From NCBI GenBank assembly GCA_043228905.1, contig JBHGNT010000006.1, positions 6,076,001 to 6,140,000 on the forward strand: DNA of 64,000 bases, in the 5' to 3' direction. This DNA is from Azolla caroliniana. Taxonomy: Eukaryota; Plantae; Polypodiophyta. The position numbers and the translations under genes are program-made. Positions 38,005-49,530 of the stretch are shown here, one piece after another. The notes beneath the pieces were generated by a model. The model did not search any database. It had not been told where the DNA came from and worked only from the letters and a program-made list of their open reading frames with translations. Each line of letters begins with the position of its first letter. The first letter of the stretch is position 1.

Positions 38005-39614
38005 GGGAGGGTGGTCAATGAGACAGAAACAGCCAGCGTGGGGCTGGTAGTTCCACCTCGGGCCACTTCCTCCTTGTGTCACCATAGGCATGTTCCGCCA
38101 TTTCTGCCAAAAGCGCAAACGAGCAGTGACCACGTCATTGGAATGGCTGCAAGCCTCATCCAATTGCCCTCATAGGCAGTTGATAAGCACAAACCATATG
38201 TCCATGATCACTTCCTCCAAGGGCCGCATCAAATCCTGAAAGACCTTTAGGCAACACGCTTTCCATACATACCACAAGGTGAAGCCTGCGATCAGCATCC
38301 AGATGTCCAGGAACCTAGGGGATGGGGACTGCAAGCCTCTCTCAAATTGAATCTTGGTGATTTTGCCTCTCATGCATACGTAGCACCAACTATCCGCATT
38401 GAAGGCGTCTATCCACCTATCAACGGAGTGATCAATCCATGCCGCAACACTCCACGATGTTGTTCCTTCCACTTCACATGCCACAAGGAGGCGAGTCACT
38501 CTGTCCCATACCTTTTGAGCTTGAGGGCAATCCCACAGACAATGCCTCAGAGTCTCAATAGGTGAATGGCAAAGTGGGCAGCCTAACGGGCCGCCACATT
38601 TACCTAACCATTCGCCAACGGGAACCACATTATAATTTATGACCGATTTGCTAGGTCAAATTTTTTTTATCTTTTCCGGCATGTGGAGACGCCAGAGACC
38701 CTTCCAAAAGGTAATGAGCACCTCATCAGGGATGCCCAATGTATGCCAACCATTGCGTAAGGGGCCGTCTAGTTGCAGTTGAAAAGTTCGGCCTAGTTTA
38801 GTGTTGTACTCGAAGAAATGGCGAAATCTGCCATCATGTTTCCACCTGAAATCCCTTGGGTCCCATTCTAGTTCGGCGAGGAGACGACCACCATATACCC
38901 ATAACTTCCAATGGGGTTCTAGCTTAGCAACATCCAGGTCTGTCTTCCAGATGTTATCAACCTGCGTCACCACGCGGATTGGGTGCCAAGAGCCCCTACT
39001 CTGACTCTCCCCGAAAATTGTATCTCTTCTCGATCCGCTCACGCCCTTCAGCAACTTAACCCTTCCAGCCTCATCAAAGAGACCAAACCAAGCATCTTCT
39101 CTCACCTCCCCCTATCAACTGCCTCAGCTATCAATCTGTAAGAGTTTGTTTTAAGTAACAACAATAATGTATTATATTTTCGTCTCCACCTTAATGAAAT
39201 ATGAATTTATAGTGGGAAAATATATCCTTCATTATTAGTTGAATAAGCAAATAGTTATAGAAGGTATATGATCATGTATGTTGGTCAATTATTCCCCAAC
39301 TCATGTATCTATTAGTTTTGGTGCAAGGATGCATGCCCCACTTTCATATTGAGGTGTGGTGTGGTGTTTCATGTAATGTAGAATGCTAAAGTGAACAAAA
39401 CATGATATCTTTGGCACAATCAACTTGGCAAGGATGCGTGTTGAGGTCGTTATTGTTTGCAATCGCCACTCACTTTATTCTTGTTACAATACATAATTTG
39501 GCAATGTCTAGGGAATTTGTTGGATTTGCTTTCTTGTGAGAGGATACCTGATTACTCAACCATTGATGAATGAGTTTTTTATGTTCTTGAAAGCTTTAAC
39601 CAACATAATATATA

Positions 39615-39985
39615 CAATAGAAGCAACTTTCCAATTAGTTAGGAGAGATTATTACAGAAAGACTATACAAGATGGATTATACATAAAGCGAGGAATCACC
39701 CTCCGACCAAGTTCAAGAATATGAGACTATGTACATATCCTTTCAAACTGACTACTTAATGTAAGTAGGTACCTATAGCTATAAACTCGTGCCCTTCATC
39801 ACCAGCCCATACGAGTTGGATCCCGCATCCGTCCAACTATCAACCAAGAGATTGATCAAAGTCGGTGTGCTCCATGATGTTGTTCCTTCCACGTCGCAAG
39901 CAACTAAGAGGCGAGTCACCCTGTCCCATACCCTCTGAGCTTGAGAGGGCAATCCCATAATTAGTGTCTCAGAGTCTCAATAGGT
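39615..39985 (-). mobile_element. Second, internally deleted relic of the same L1 family
   Basis: 39625-39800 aligns to the LINE 3' UTR at 32281-32432 (caagttcaagaa.atgagacta, ctgactacttaatgtaagta). 39870-39985 aligns to 38450-38580. Confidence 0.8.
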
Positions 39986-40483
39986 GAAGAACAAAGTGGG
40001 CAAAGCTCTAACCAATATTATAAATAAAGCCTTGGAAGTATTGAATGTCCTTCTCTCATGGTCAATGTTGAACATATGGATAGTAAGCCCATTTTATAAT
40101 GTTGCATTGCAAAAACCTATTTTGATTTATCTTAGTGCCTTCATATATAACATCCTATTTGGGTTTCGTTATATGTTTAAACTAATGAATAGATGATTCC
40201 AAATTGAAAGAACTACTCGTTGTGCTTGGGCTTTTGTTTGTTGAAGGTATTCATTTTTACTAAACAAAAATGACATTAACGATGATGCGCCATGTTTATG
40301 TCGTATATACTATATCAAGAGAACTAAGAAATGTTCTTGGGTTTTGTTCAATTCAATTGTTTTTTCTTTTTTAACATGCATGTTATAAACAAAAGAAAGC
40401 ACTTCCATGATAGGTGTTATAATTAGCTATGTTCATGATTGGTGTTATAATTAGTTGTGTTCATGATTGGTGTTATAATTTCT

Positions 40484-41196
40484 TGTTGTTCGACAGTGCT
40501 CGGCCACAACCGAGGAACAGGATCGATTTACAGAAAACGGGAAATACAACAATGCACGAAAACAATAGAAAGAAAGGTACGCAGGATGTTTTACGTGGAA
40601 AACCCTAAATGGGAAAAACCACGGGAGTCCTCAAACTCCAACTATCACTATGAACAGAGATGGACAATGGTGAAGCTTCAAGGCAACAACCTTGAGCTCA
40701 CTGTCTTCGCCACAGGCGGCGGTAATACACAGAGGCAACGACCTCCTCGTTTCTCTCTCTCTCTCTCTCTCTCTCTCGGCTGCTATCACTTCGCTCCCTC
40801 TAAGTGAAGACAGAAAATGAGCAGCAACAAAACTGTTTGCCCTAAGTCATATTTATACACATATGACTTTCGGGCTATTTACAAATATAGCCTCAAGGGC
40901 CCGTGGCAAACATATTCACAAATATGTCCCCGCATCCGGATCTCTCTCCGGGTACATTCATCATCCGGCTCCGTAGCCGGGGTCTTCGTCATCCGGCTCT
41001 GTAACCGGGGTCTTCGTCATCCGGCTCCGTAACCGGGGTCTTCGTCATCCGGCTCCGTAACCGGGGTCTTCATCATCCGGCTCCATAACCGGGGTCTTCA
41101 TCATCCGGCTCCGTAACCGGGGTCTTCATCATCCGGCTCCGTAACCGGGGTCTTCGTCATCCGGACATCCCATCCGGAGGGACCGAAATCCCAACA
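40484..41196 (-). repeat. 3' LTR of copia B (713 bp) with a 7 x 28-bp array in U3 (40961-41156)
   Basis: Direct repeat of 45311-46019; unit tcatccggctccgtaaccggggtcttcg. Confidence 0.95.
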
Positions 41197-41206
41197 AACT
41201 CCCCCT

Positions 41207-44200
41207 TCACTTCGGCATGGGATGTCTCTCCAATCCGATCCTCTTCCGGCATGCTTCCAGCTTGTCGGGTGTGAGCACTTTGGTCAGCATATCTGAGCCG
41301 TTCTCGTCCGTGTGGATCTTCGTCAGCACGAACTCCTGGTCTTCTATCCTTTCCCGGATCCAGTGATATCTTCGCTGGATGTGCTTCGTCCGGGAGTGAT
41401 AGGCCGCGTTCTTCGCAAGGTGGATGGCACTCTGACTATCGCAGTAGAGTCGGTACTCCTCCTGTCGGATACCGAGCTCTCTAATGAAGTCCTTCATCCA
41501 TATTATTTCCTTGCCGGCTTCAACAGCCGCCATGTACTCCGCCTCCGTGGTTGACAACGCAACCGTCTTCTGCAGCCTCGACTGCCAGGAAACAGCTCCC
41601 CCTGCATACGTCATCACATACCCTGATGTGGACCGGCTGGTATCTGCATCAGCCGACATATCCGAATCGGTGAAGCCGTCGAGTTCGGGCTTACCGGATC
41701 CGAATCGGAGGCACACGTTTGCCGTGCCCTTCAGGTATCGGAGTATCCACTTGGCCGCGTTCCAATGCTCTTTGCCGGGATTGCTCATGTACCGGCTCAC
41801 CACTCCGACTGCATATCCTATGTCCGGTCGGGTACACACCATTGCGTACATCAAGCTCCCGACGGCAGAGGCATATGGTACTTTCATCATGTCCTCCTTC
41901 TCAGCCTTTGTCTTGGGGCTTTGCTTGCTGGACAGCTTGCAGTTTGTCGGGAGTGTTGACCCGACTGGTCTTGCTTCCGACATGTTGAACCGGTGAAGCA
42001 CCTTTGTCACGTACTTCTCCTGTGACAGCCACAACTGCTTCTTCTTCCGGTCTCGGATGATGTGCATCCCTAGTATTTGCCTCGCCGGACCCAGGTCCTT
42101 CATTGAGAAGGTTCGGTGAAGTGCTTTCTTCAGCATCCGTATCTTGCCCTGGTCCCGTCCGACGATCAACATGTCGTCCACGTACAGGAGGAGTATTAGA
42201 GAGTCTCCCCCTTCGAACTTCTTCACAAACACGCAGTGATCGGACTGCGTTTTGTGGTACCCTTCGTCGGTCATGAAAGAGTCGAACTTCCGGTACCATT
42301 GCCGGGGAGCCTGCTTTAGTCCGTAAAGGCTCTTCTTCAACCGGCATACCAGGTGCTCCTTCCCTTTCTTCTCGAATCCTTCCGGTTGCCGCATGTAGAT
42401 CTCTTCTTCGAGGTCACCGTGAAGGAATGCCGTCTTCACGTCCATCTGTTCTACCTCGAGGTCCATGCTTGCCGCTATGCTCAGCACCGTCCGGATGGAG
42501 GTCATCTTCACTACCGGGGCAAATATCTCGTCGAAGTCGACGCCCTTCTTCTGCTGGAACCCCTTCACTACGATCCTGGCTTTGTATCTCGGGGGGTTTC
42601 CGGCATCTCCAGGCTTCAGCTTGAACACCCACTTGTTTCGAAGTGCCCGCTTACCTTTTGGCAACTCCACAAGTTCATATGTGTGGTTCTCATGCAGGGA
42701 ATCCATCTCCTCCTGCATGGCACTTAACCACCTGCGGCTATGGTTGTCAAGCTTTGCTTCTTCAAAGCTCTCCGGCTCCCCCTCGTCGGTTAGCAGCACG
42801 TGCTCTGGTTCCGGAAATCTCCGGGGGGCCCTTCTCTCCCTTAGAGGATATCTCCGTTCCGGAGCTTCGGTAACCGGTTCTTCCGATTCTCCTTCATCCG
42901 AATCCATTTCGGGATCGGGGCCGGTTCCGGTATCATTTTCATCTTCTTCGGCCGGTTCTGTTTCTTCACCGTCTTCGGCCGGATCCTCGAGTGCTAACCG
43001 GTCCCTTGCCGGTCGGGACTGCTCCTCGTAGAGTTGATCCTCACCGGTCGACTTGGAGCTCTTCATCTTCTTCTCCGACTCCAAGTCGGCGAGTGTCTTG
43101 TCCTCCATGAAGATGATGTCTCGACTCCTGAATATCTTCTTGTCGACCGGGTCCCATACTCGGTAGCCACACTCGTCGTCGCCGTAACCGAGGAATATGC
43201 ATGGCCGGGTCTTTGGATCTAGCTTTCCTCTCCGGTCCTTTGCCACATGCACGTAAGCGAGACACCCGAACACCTTCAGATGCCGGTAGGACACTTCCTT
43301 ACCGGTCCACACTTTCTGCGGCGTGTCTCCGTCCAAAGGTACTGAGGGCGATCTGTTTATCACGTATGTCGCCGTCGACATTGCCTCAGCCCAAAACCCC
43401 TTGGGTAATTTTGCATGCGCCAGCATACTCCGGACCCTCTCCATTATGGTCCGGTTCATCCTCTCGGCCAGCCCGTTCAGTTCCGGCGTCTTCGGCACAG
43501 TAAACTCGAGTCGGATTCCCTTCGAGCGACAGTACTCCTGGAACTGCCCCCGGTATTCCCCTCCGTTATCCGCTCGTATCGCTTTCAGCTTCTTGCCGGA
43601 TTCCCTTTCCACTCTCGCGTGGAGTTCTTTGAAGACGCCCAACACTTGATCTTTTGACTTCAACGGTGCCGTCCACAGCTTCCGGCTGTGGTCATCAATG
43701 AATGTCACGAAGTACTGGGCTCCGCCATGTGACTTCGTTTCTACTTGACACACGTCAGTGTGCACCAGCTCCAATGGTGCACTACGTCTCGTCGGTGGCC
43801 TTGAGTGGAAGGAGGTCCGGTTTTGCTTACCGGCCAGGCAGTCGGTGCACTTCTCCAGGTGCACATGCTTCACTGGAATAAGGTTGTCTTCTGCAAGCCT
43901 CTTCATCCCCTTCTCACTCATGTGGCACAGTCTCTTGTGCCACAGCTCACCGGCAGTGTCGGCTACCACGTTCAGCTCCTCCGGACATAGCCGGGAATTC
44001 ATCAGGTACAGTGTGTTGACCTTCCGGGCCCGAGCCACTATCAGGCTCCCCTTGCTGAACTTCATTTCGCCGTTCCGGATGCTACCTGTGTAGCCTTCAT
44101 CGTCTAGCCTCCCGGCCGAAATCAGGTTCAATCGAACCTCCGGAACGTGTCGGACATCCTTCAGCAGCATTTTGCATCCGGTTGATGTCATCAGCCACAC

Positions 44201-45280
44201 GTCTCCTATGCCGGCAATCCGGCACGTACCTTCATTTCCCATCCGGACACAGCCATGCTCACCGGCTGTGTAGGATGAGAAGTATCTTCTCTCCGGGGTC
44301 AGGTGGAACGATGCTCCGGAATCGACCACCCAGGTCGTCTCATCGCCGGCAACGTTTAGTTCGCCTTCTTCGGTGATGAGCATGATTTCTTCCTCACTTG
44401 CCGCGAGTGCCGTTGTTCCTTTCCGGTCCTGCCCTCGCCGATCCGAACCTCTCCGGTCCGTGGCTCCCCGGTATGCACCGTTTCTCTCCGGTGACTTCTT
44501 CGAATCGGTGTCGACGGCTCCGTTGTCCTTTCGGTAATGCCGACAATTCTTCCGGAAGTGCCCCGGCTTCCCACAGTGGAAGCATGTGGGTCTTCCTCTT
44601 GACTGCGACCGGGTCCCCGACTTCTCCCGTCTTTGCGGACTCCGGTTCCATTGTCTTCCCCGTTCCGATTCGGTAAGCAGCGCCTTCGAGTCGGAGGCCG
44701 GTTCTTTATCTCTTCGACGCGCTTCTTCGTTCAAAATACTTGTCTTTACCGTTTGTAGGGACAAGTTATCTTCGGTGCAGGAGGTGCTGAGGGTCACCAC
44801 CAAGTTCTCCCAGCTTTCCGGCAATGTACACATCAGGATGATGGCTTGCATTGCATCCTCCAACGGGAACTTGATCGCCGCAAGCTGGTTCACGAATCCC
44901 ATGAACGTGCTTACGTGTTCCACCATACTCTCGCCATCCCGGTACTTGAGGTTCACTATCTTCCTCATCAGGGAGGTCCGGTTCAACGCATTCTTCCTCT
45001 CGTAGAGGCCCGACAGCTTCCGCCACATCTCATATGCGTTGGTGTCGTTCGCCACATGTTGTAGAACGCTCACGTCGACGTATTGCCGAATGGTTGCAAC
45101 GGCTTTCCGGTTCAGAAGCCTCCATTCCGTCTCAAGTACCCCCTTGGGTATTTCCGACCTGTCGATCGGTTCATACAGATCCCGAACAATGAGCAGGTCC
45201 TCCATCTTTATCTTCCAGTCGGCGTAGTTCTGCGCATTCAGCACCATCATCCCCGGCTGCCCGCTGCCGCCGCCTTCCAT
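41207..45280 (-). CDS. Copia gag-pol polyprotein, uninterrupted, ~1357 aa from the first ATG after the PBS
   Basis: CFHCGKPGHFRKNC, WVVDSGASFH, LWHKRLCH..CTDC, FIDD/ADNGGEY/GLAER, YVDD, GFTDSD/STTEAEY. The ORF-track start at 45379 lies inside the LTR. Confidence 0.96.
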   Translation of the reverse strand: MEGGGSGQPGMMVLNAQNYADWKIKMEDLLIVRDLYEPIDRSEIPKGVLETEWRLLNRKAVATIRQYVDVSVLQHVANDTNAYEMWRKLSGLYERKNALNRTSLMRKIVNLKYRDGESMVEHVSTFMGFVNQLAAIKFPLEDAMQAIILMCTLPESWENLVVTLSTSCTEDNLSLQTVKTSILNEEARRRDKEPASDSKALLTESERGRQWNRSPQRREKSGTRSQSRGRPTCFHCGKPGHFRKNCRHYRKDNGAVDTDSKKSPERNGAYRGATDRRGSDRRGQDRKGTTALAASEEEIMLITEEGELNVAGDETTWVVDSGASFHLTPERRYFSSYTAGEHGCVRMGNEGTCRIAGIGDVWLMTSTGCKMLLKDVRHVPEVRLNLISAGRLDDEGYTGSIRNGEMKFSKGSLIVARARKVNTLYLMNSRLCPEELNVVADTAGELWHKRLCHMSEKGMKRLAEDNLIPVKHVHLEKCTDCLAGKQNRTSFHSRPPTRRSAPLELVHTDVCQVETKSHGGAQYFVTFIDDHSRKLWTAPLKSKDQVLGVFKELHARVERESGKKLKAIRADNGGEYRGQFQEYCRSKGIRLEFTVPKTPELNGLAERMNRTIMERVRSMLAHAKLPKGFWAEAMSTATYVINRSPSVPLDGDTPQKVWTGKEVSYRHLKVFGCLAYVHVAKDRRGKLDPKTRPCIFLGYGDDECGYRVWDPVDKKIFRSRDIIFMEDKTLADLESEKKMKSSKSTGEDQLYEEQSRPARDRLALEDPAEDGEETEPAEEDENDTGTGPDPEMDSDEGESEEPVTEAPERRYPLRERRAPRRFPEPEHVLLTDEGEPESFEEAKLDNHSRRWLSAMQEEMDSLHENHTYELVELPKGKRALRNKWVFKLKPGDAGNPPRYKARIVVKGFQQKKGVDFDEIFAPVVKMTSIRTVLSIAASMDLEVEQMDVKTAFLHGDLEEEIYMRQPEGFEKKGKEHLVCRLKKSLYGLKQAPRQWYRKFDSFMTDEGYHKTQSDHCVFVKKFEGGDSLILLLYVDDMLIVGRDQGKIRMLKKALHRTFSMKDLGPARQILGMHIIRDRKKKQLWLSQEKYVTKVLHRFNMSEARPVGSTLPTNCKLSSKQSPKTKAEKEDMMKVPYASAVGSLMYAMVCTRPDIGYAVGVVSRYMSNPGKEHWNAAKWILRYLKGTANVCLRFGSGKPELDGFTDSDMSADADTSRSTSGYVMTYAGGAVSWQSRLQKTVALSTTEAEYMAAVEAGKEIIWMKDFIRELGIRQEEYRLYCDSQSAIHLAKNAAYHSRTKHIQRRYHWIRERIEDQEFVLTKIHTDENGSDMLTKVLTPDKLEACRKRIGLERHPMPK

Positions 45281-45310
45281 TTTCTGTTTTACCGTTGCTC
45301 TGATACCACT

Positions 45311-46019
45311 TGTTGTTCGACAGTGCTCGGCCACAACCGAGGAACAGGATCGATTTACAGAAAACGGGAAATACAACAATGCACGAAAACAATAGAAAGA
45401 AAGGTACGCAGGATGTTTTACGTGGAAAACCCTAAATGGGAAAAACCACGGGAGTCCTCAAACTCCAACTATCACTATGAACAGAGATGGACAATGGTGA
45501 AGCTTCAAGGCAACAACCTTGAGCTCACTGTCTTCGCCACAGGCGGCGGTAATACACAGAGGCAACGACCTCCTCGTTTCTCTCTCTCTCTCTCTCTCTC
45601 GGCTGCTATCACTTCGCTCCCTCTAAGTGAAGACAGAAAATGAGCAGCAACAAAACTGTTTGCCCTAAGTCATATTTATACACATATGACTTTCGGGCTA
45701 TTTACAAATATAGCCTCAAGGGCCCGTGGCAAACATATTCACAAATATGTCCCCGCATCCGGATCTCTCTCCGGGTACATTCATCATCCGGCTCCGTAGC
45801 CGGGGTCTTCGTCATCCGGCTCTGTAACCGGGGTCTTCGTCATCCGGCTCCGTAACCGGGGTCTTCGTCATCCGGCTCCGTAACCGGGGTCTTCGTCATC
45901 CGGCTCCGTAACCGGGGTCTTCATCATCCGGCTCCGTAACCGGGGTCTTCGTCATCCGGCTCCGTAACCGGGGTCTTCGTCATCCGGACATCCCATCCGG
46001 AGGGACCGAAATCCCAACA
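45311..46019 (-). repeat. 5' LTR of copia B (709 bp) with a 7 x 28-bp array (45784-45979)
   Basis: Direct repeat of 40484-41196. Confidence 0.95.
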
Positions 46020-47139
46020 TAATTAGTTGTGTTCATGATTGGTGTTATAATTAGCTATGTAGTCATCTCATTGTTACTCTTAAATTGAACTTTGTAAGGC
46101 ATTGGTCTTCAATGGATGTTAAAAATCTATCTATTTATTGGTGTAATATGTACCCCTCTCAAAATTCAACTTTGATATTACTTCAAGCAAGAATAAAATT
46201 TGTATTAGAAGTTTCAACAACGATTGTTGCAACTCAACTTAAAGTGCTACAAGCATTCGTTTTTCCATATTTACTATGGCCTCGATGTACCATTTAATTA
46301 GTAGCACTCAACAACTAGTGAGAGGTTTAAGATTATTCAAGAGGAAATCGTTAGATTACATACAATGTAATAATTCATTGTTGAGATTCAAGCTCGACAT
46401 TATGTACAACATGCACTCCTGTGTAAACACGCCTCACATAACCTCATGAATGCTTCATTTTAAGAGGATGCAATTAACACATAGAGAAGCAATTTCTTCA
46501 ATGGTTCAGAAGATAGAAATATTTATTACTTTGTTCATAGAGACATTTGGTTTGAATTGATAGTGGATTACTATGGATTCTATTTCCAATAAAAATCAAT
46601 TCTAAGCTATGCCACATGCTTGATTTTGTTTATTCATCAAAGCCATAAAGTTTCCACATAAAAAGTAAGAAATCCAACTATGAAGTCATACAATTTATAT
46701 GGAAAAGTGGATAGAATTATTGATTTCTTGACAAGTTGATAGAATCCTAGTAGAATACAAGCTACTTTGCAATTTTCATCATGCCATAGTTAAATAAGTG
46801 TACTATGTACATGATGGAGACATGATAAGGCCAAAGATAATTCTAAGCTTTTCAATATGATCAAAAATAAAAGATTATAGGAATGTTGTTGTCAAAGTGA
46901 TTGTCTAATGATTATAAAGCTTGGGGTTTATAAATAAGTAGGTTGTATGCCAAGCAAAAAAAGATGTAGACATTGATAGGAACACATATACAAGCACTTT
47001 ACTCAAGTTTTTACTCAAGGCTTGATGTCATAACTAATGTCTCTTTGACTATCCTTGGCATTTGATACGAGGATTCAAGAATGTAACATAAAAATTTTGT
47101 GGACTAAAACAAGTAGTCTTTGGATATAGATGTGGCAAG

Positions 47140-47580
47140 AGATCCCTTTCTCAGGAAGGCGGAGCCAAGACTATCCTATCCTACACAAGAGATCTTGCTT
47201 ATTTGACTTACACTTTCACATATGGCTCTAGCCATCCTTTCATGCACATCACCTACATTCACTATCCCACATGCCATGTCTTTCACACCCCTTGTTCATC
47301 TAAGGGGAGGGGGAACAACCATTTGGGTACTTCATACTTCCATAGTATATCCATTCCATTTGTTGCGGTCATTGGTGTAGTACACCATCGCTTTCGAAAA
47401 TTCAGCCTCATTAGTTCTGCAGCATCATTAGTACCATCAATCCGCTGATATTGAGCTCTTAGTGTAGTTATTAATATGTGCCAAATTAGCTTAATCAATT
47501 CAGCTAGGGGGCGATTGTGTGCTGAAAATACCCCGGTACACCTTGTTGTCCATATATACCATATGATGATCATTGTTATC
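47140..47580 (-). mobile_element. L1 LINE 3'-end fragment (another family)
   Basis: ORF 47283-47573 (WYIWTTRC...WKYEVPKWLFP) matches the ORF2 C-terminus of the other L1 copies in the window. Confidence 0.7.
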
Positions 47581-48639
47581 GTGCATGGTTTATCTTAACG
47601 TTAAGTAATACTTATATTGGTGTAGAATAATGATAAGCATGTAGCATAATGTTTTCTTTAGTTCCACATGGTTGTTGTCATAATATTGCTATTGTTTATA
47701 TTCCCCAATAGGAAATCTTATGAGATCACAGGTTCTCTTAAGATTTGCCATCCAAAGAGCCACAGAATCAAATCTATATGTATCATAATTTTATGTGTGT
47801 GTGTGTGTATATATATATGTCCTTAAATCCTGCTAGGACCTACAAGCATTTTATCATGTGCATGCTCGTAATAACAAGTGATTTATAATGTGATAATATC
47901 TTATTACTCAACTTTTTGAAGCTCTTCAAAGCTTGTTGCAAGAAGCTGAATTAAAACAGTAATCCGTGCATTAATTCCTTTCCAAATTGTATAACGCAAG
48001 CATTTCATAACAATAATGTCTCATTTTTACCTTCATGTTATAACCTTTCCTTGTACCAAAAAATACATGTCATGGAGATTTTCTTGTACATTTTTCCTTC
48101 GTAATAATTATAAAAGATTCCCTGAAATTGTGTGTATCGGAACATCTTCACTTTGCAAATCGAAGATTGAATGCAAAAGGTGCCAAAAAAAGCACATAAT
48201 AATAAAGAGACCACTTTGCACATCATGGATTTAATGACAAAGTGCTAAACAAACACACAATCAAAATAAAGATATGAGTGACGAAATATAATAAATAATT
48301 GTGTATCCACAATTTCATGAAACTTGGGTGGCAAGCGCATAAAAAAGTCACATTGATAGAAATCTACAAAGGGAAAAAATAATATATGAGAAAACCAAAC
48401 ATGTTCTTTGAATTAATCTTTTGTTTTGTCATTGTTGAAAATGAACATTTATACAATCAAGCATATCACATAATTTATAAATATAAGAATAAGTTACCTT
48501 ATGTTTTTGCACTTCACAATGACTATAACTTCATATTAATACAGCTCATCGTGCATGCCATTGTCAGAAAATTTTGAAAAATGTGCTAGTTTCATCAAAC
48601 TACAAACATCTTTTGAAGTGAAAAAGAAAACCACAAACA

Positions 48640-48920
48640 CGATTAGTTCTTCAAGCCATACATTAAAATTTTGACTTGTCGCAACTACCATCACTTTTGA
48701 TCAAGTTATTGAATTTTGGCAATTGTTGTCAACATGTGTTCTCAATGATGAACTTGAAGAATTTGTCAAGATGAAGATGCTAAGAAGAATTGTTTTCATA
48801 TGTAGGACAATTGAAGACAAAGGGTTGATATTGATGTAGAAACTTTATCAAAGTTCAATGAAACGTTTTTACATTATATCTAGATCCGTGATATGCGTGG
48901 TGTTGAGCATAAACAAACAA
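48640..48920 (+). mobile_element. Possible decayed hAT transposase C-terminal (dimerization) remnant
   Basis: EFWQLL..VLNDELEEFVKM...IED..YLD pattern resembles hATC regions. Broken frames, no TIRs found. Confidence 0.35.
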
Positions 48921-48974
48921 AGATTTAAAGTTTGTAATCTTGATTATTACATGACTTTATAGCAAAAGAATTTG

Positions 48975-49530
48975 CCAACATAAACCCTATTTTCACACTA
49001 TGGCACCGATTTGAAACTAATAAAGGATGTTTGTGGTCTTTTCAACAAACTGAAGGCTATGCATGCCTTTTTAGGCGTTATTATAAGGTTCGGTCTAAAA
49101 ATAAATATTAATTGGAAATACATTGGTAGCATGACACTTGAGAGGGAGAGAACATTGGGTCACTCCTCGGTGGCTTTAGGTTATGCAATTGGATTGATGG
49201 ATGAAGAATAAAATAATCACTAAATAGAATGCCTTGCCACTATACATACTTGATAATTCCAACATAAACCCTATTTTCACACTATGGCACCGATTTGAAA
49301 GTTGAAACTAATAAAGGATTATTGTGGTCTTTTCACCAAGCTTAAGGCTATCTATGCCTTTTTAGGCGTTATTATATGGTTTGGTCTAAAAATAAATATT
49401 AATTGGAAATACATGGGTAGCATGACACTTGAGAGGGAGAGAACAATGGGTTACTCCTCGTGGCTTTAGGTTATGCAATTGGATTCACAGATGAAGAATA
49501 AAACAATCATTAAATACAATACCTTGCCCA
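48975..49530. repeat. Direct tandem duplication, ~284-bp period, 2 copies
   Basis: ccaacataaaccctattttcacactatggcaccgatttgaaa at ~48975 and ~49259, with collinear downstream sequence. Confidence 0.9.

Larger units (their letters stand above)
32256..39136 (-). mobile_element. 5'-truncated L1 LINE (~1.35 kb) with poly(A) and TSD, split by a copia insertion
   Basis: TSD tgtaagagtttgtttt at 32240-32255 and 39137-39152. Poly(A) at ~32252-32265. ORF2 C-terminal pieces at 38005-39105 (CPLC..PIETLRHCLWDC, PRWNYQ). 3' UTR at ~32266-32466. Confidence 0.9.
40484..46019 (-). mobile_element. Intact young Ty1/copia LTR retrotransposon (Tnt1-like), element B
   Basis: LTRs 45311-46019 (5') and 40484-41196 (3'). 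PBS TGGTATCAGAGC at 45297-45308. PPT at ~41199-41212, overlapping the stop codon. TSD taatt (40476-40480, 46020-46024) with 3 extra nt at the left junction. Confidence 0.97.
40406..46060. repeat. 28-bp minisatellite (catgattggtgttataattagttgtgtt, about 4 copies) interrupted by copia B
   Basis: Units at 40406, 40434 and 40462 (broken at 40480, resuming after 46024) and at ~46033. Confidence 0.85.

Noticed and set aside
40961-41164. 28-bp repeat array as a CRISPR
   Set aside because: Units are directly adjacent with no spacers, lie in both LTRs of a retrotransposon, and there are no cas genes; eukaryotic context
41312-45643. Many overlapping and antisense ORFs within copia B (and copia A)
   Set aside because: Expected shadow ORFs of GC-rich coding sequence with no recognisable domains; no env-like or extra ORF between pol and the 3' LTR
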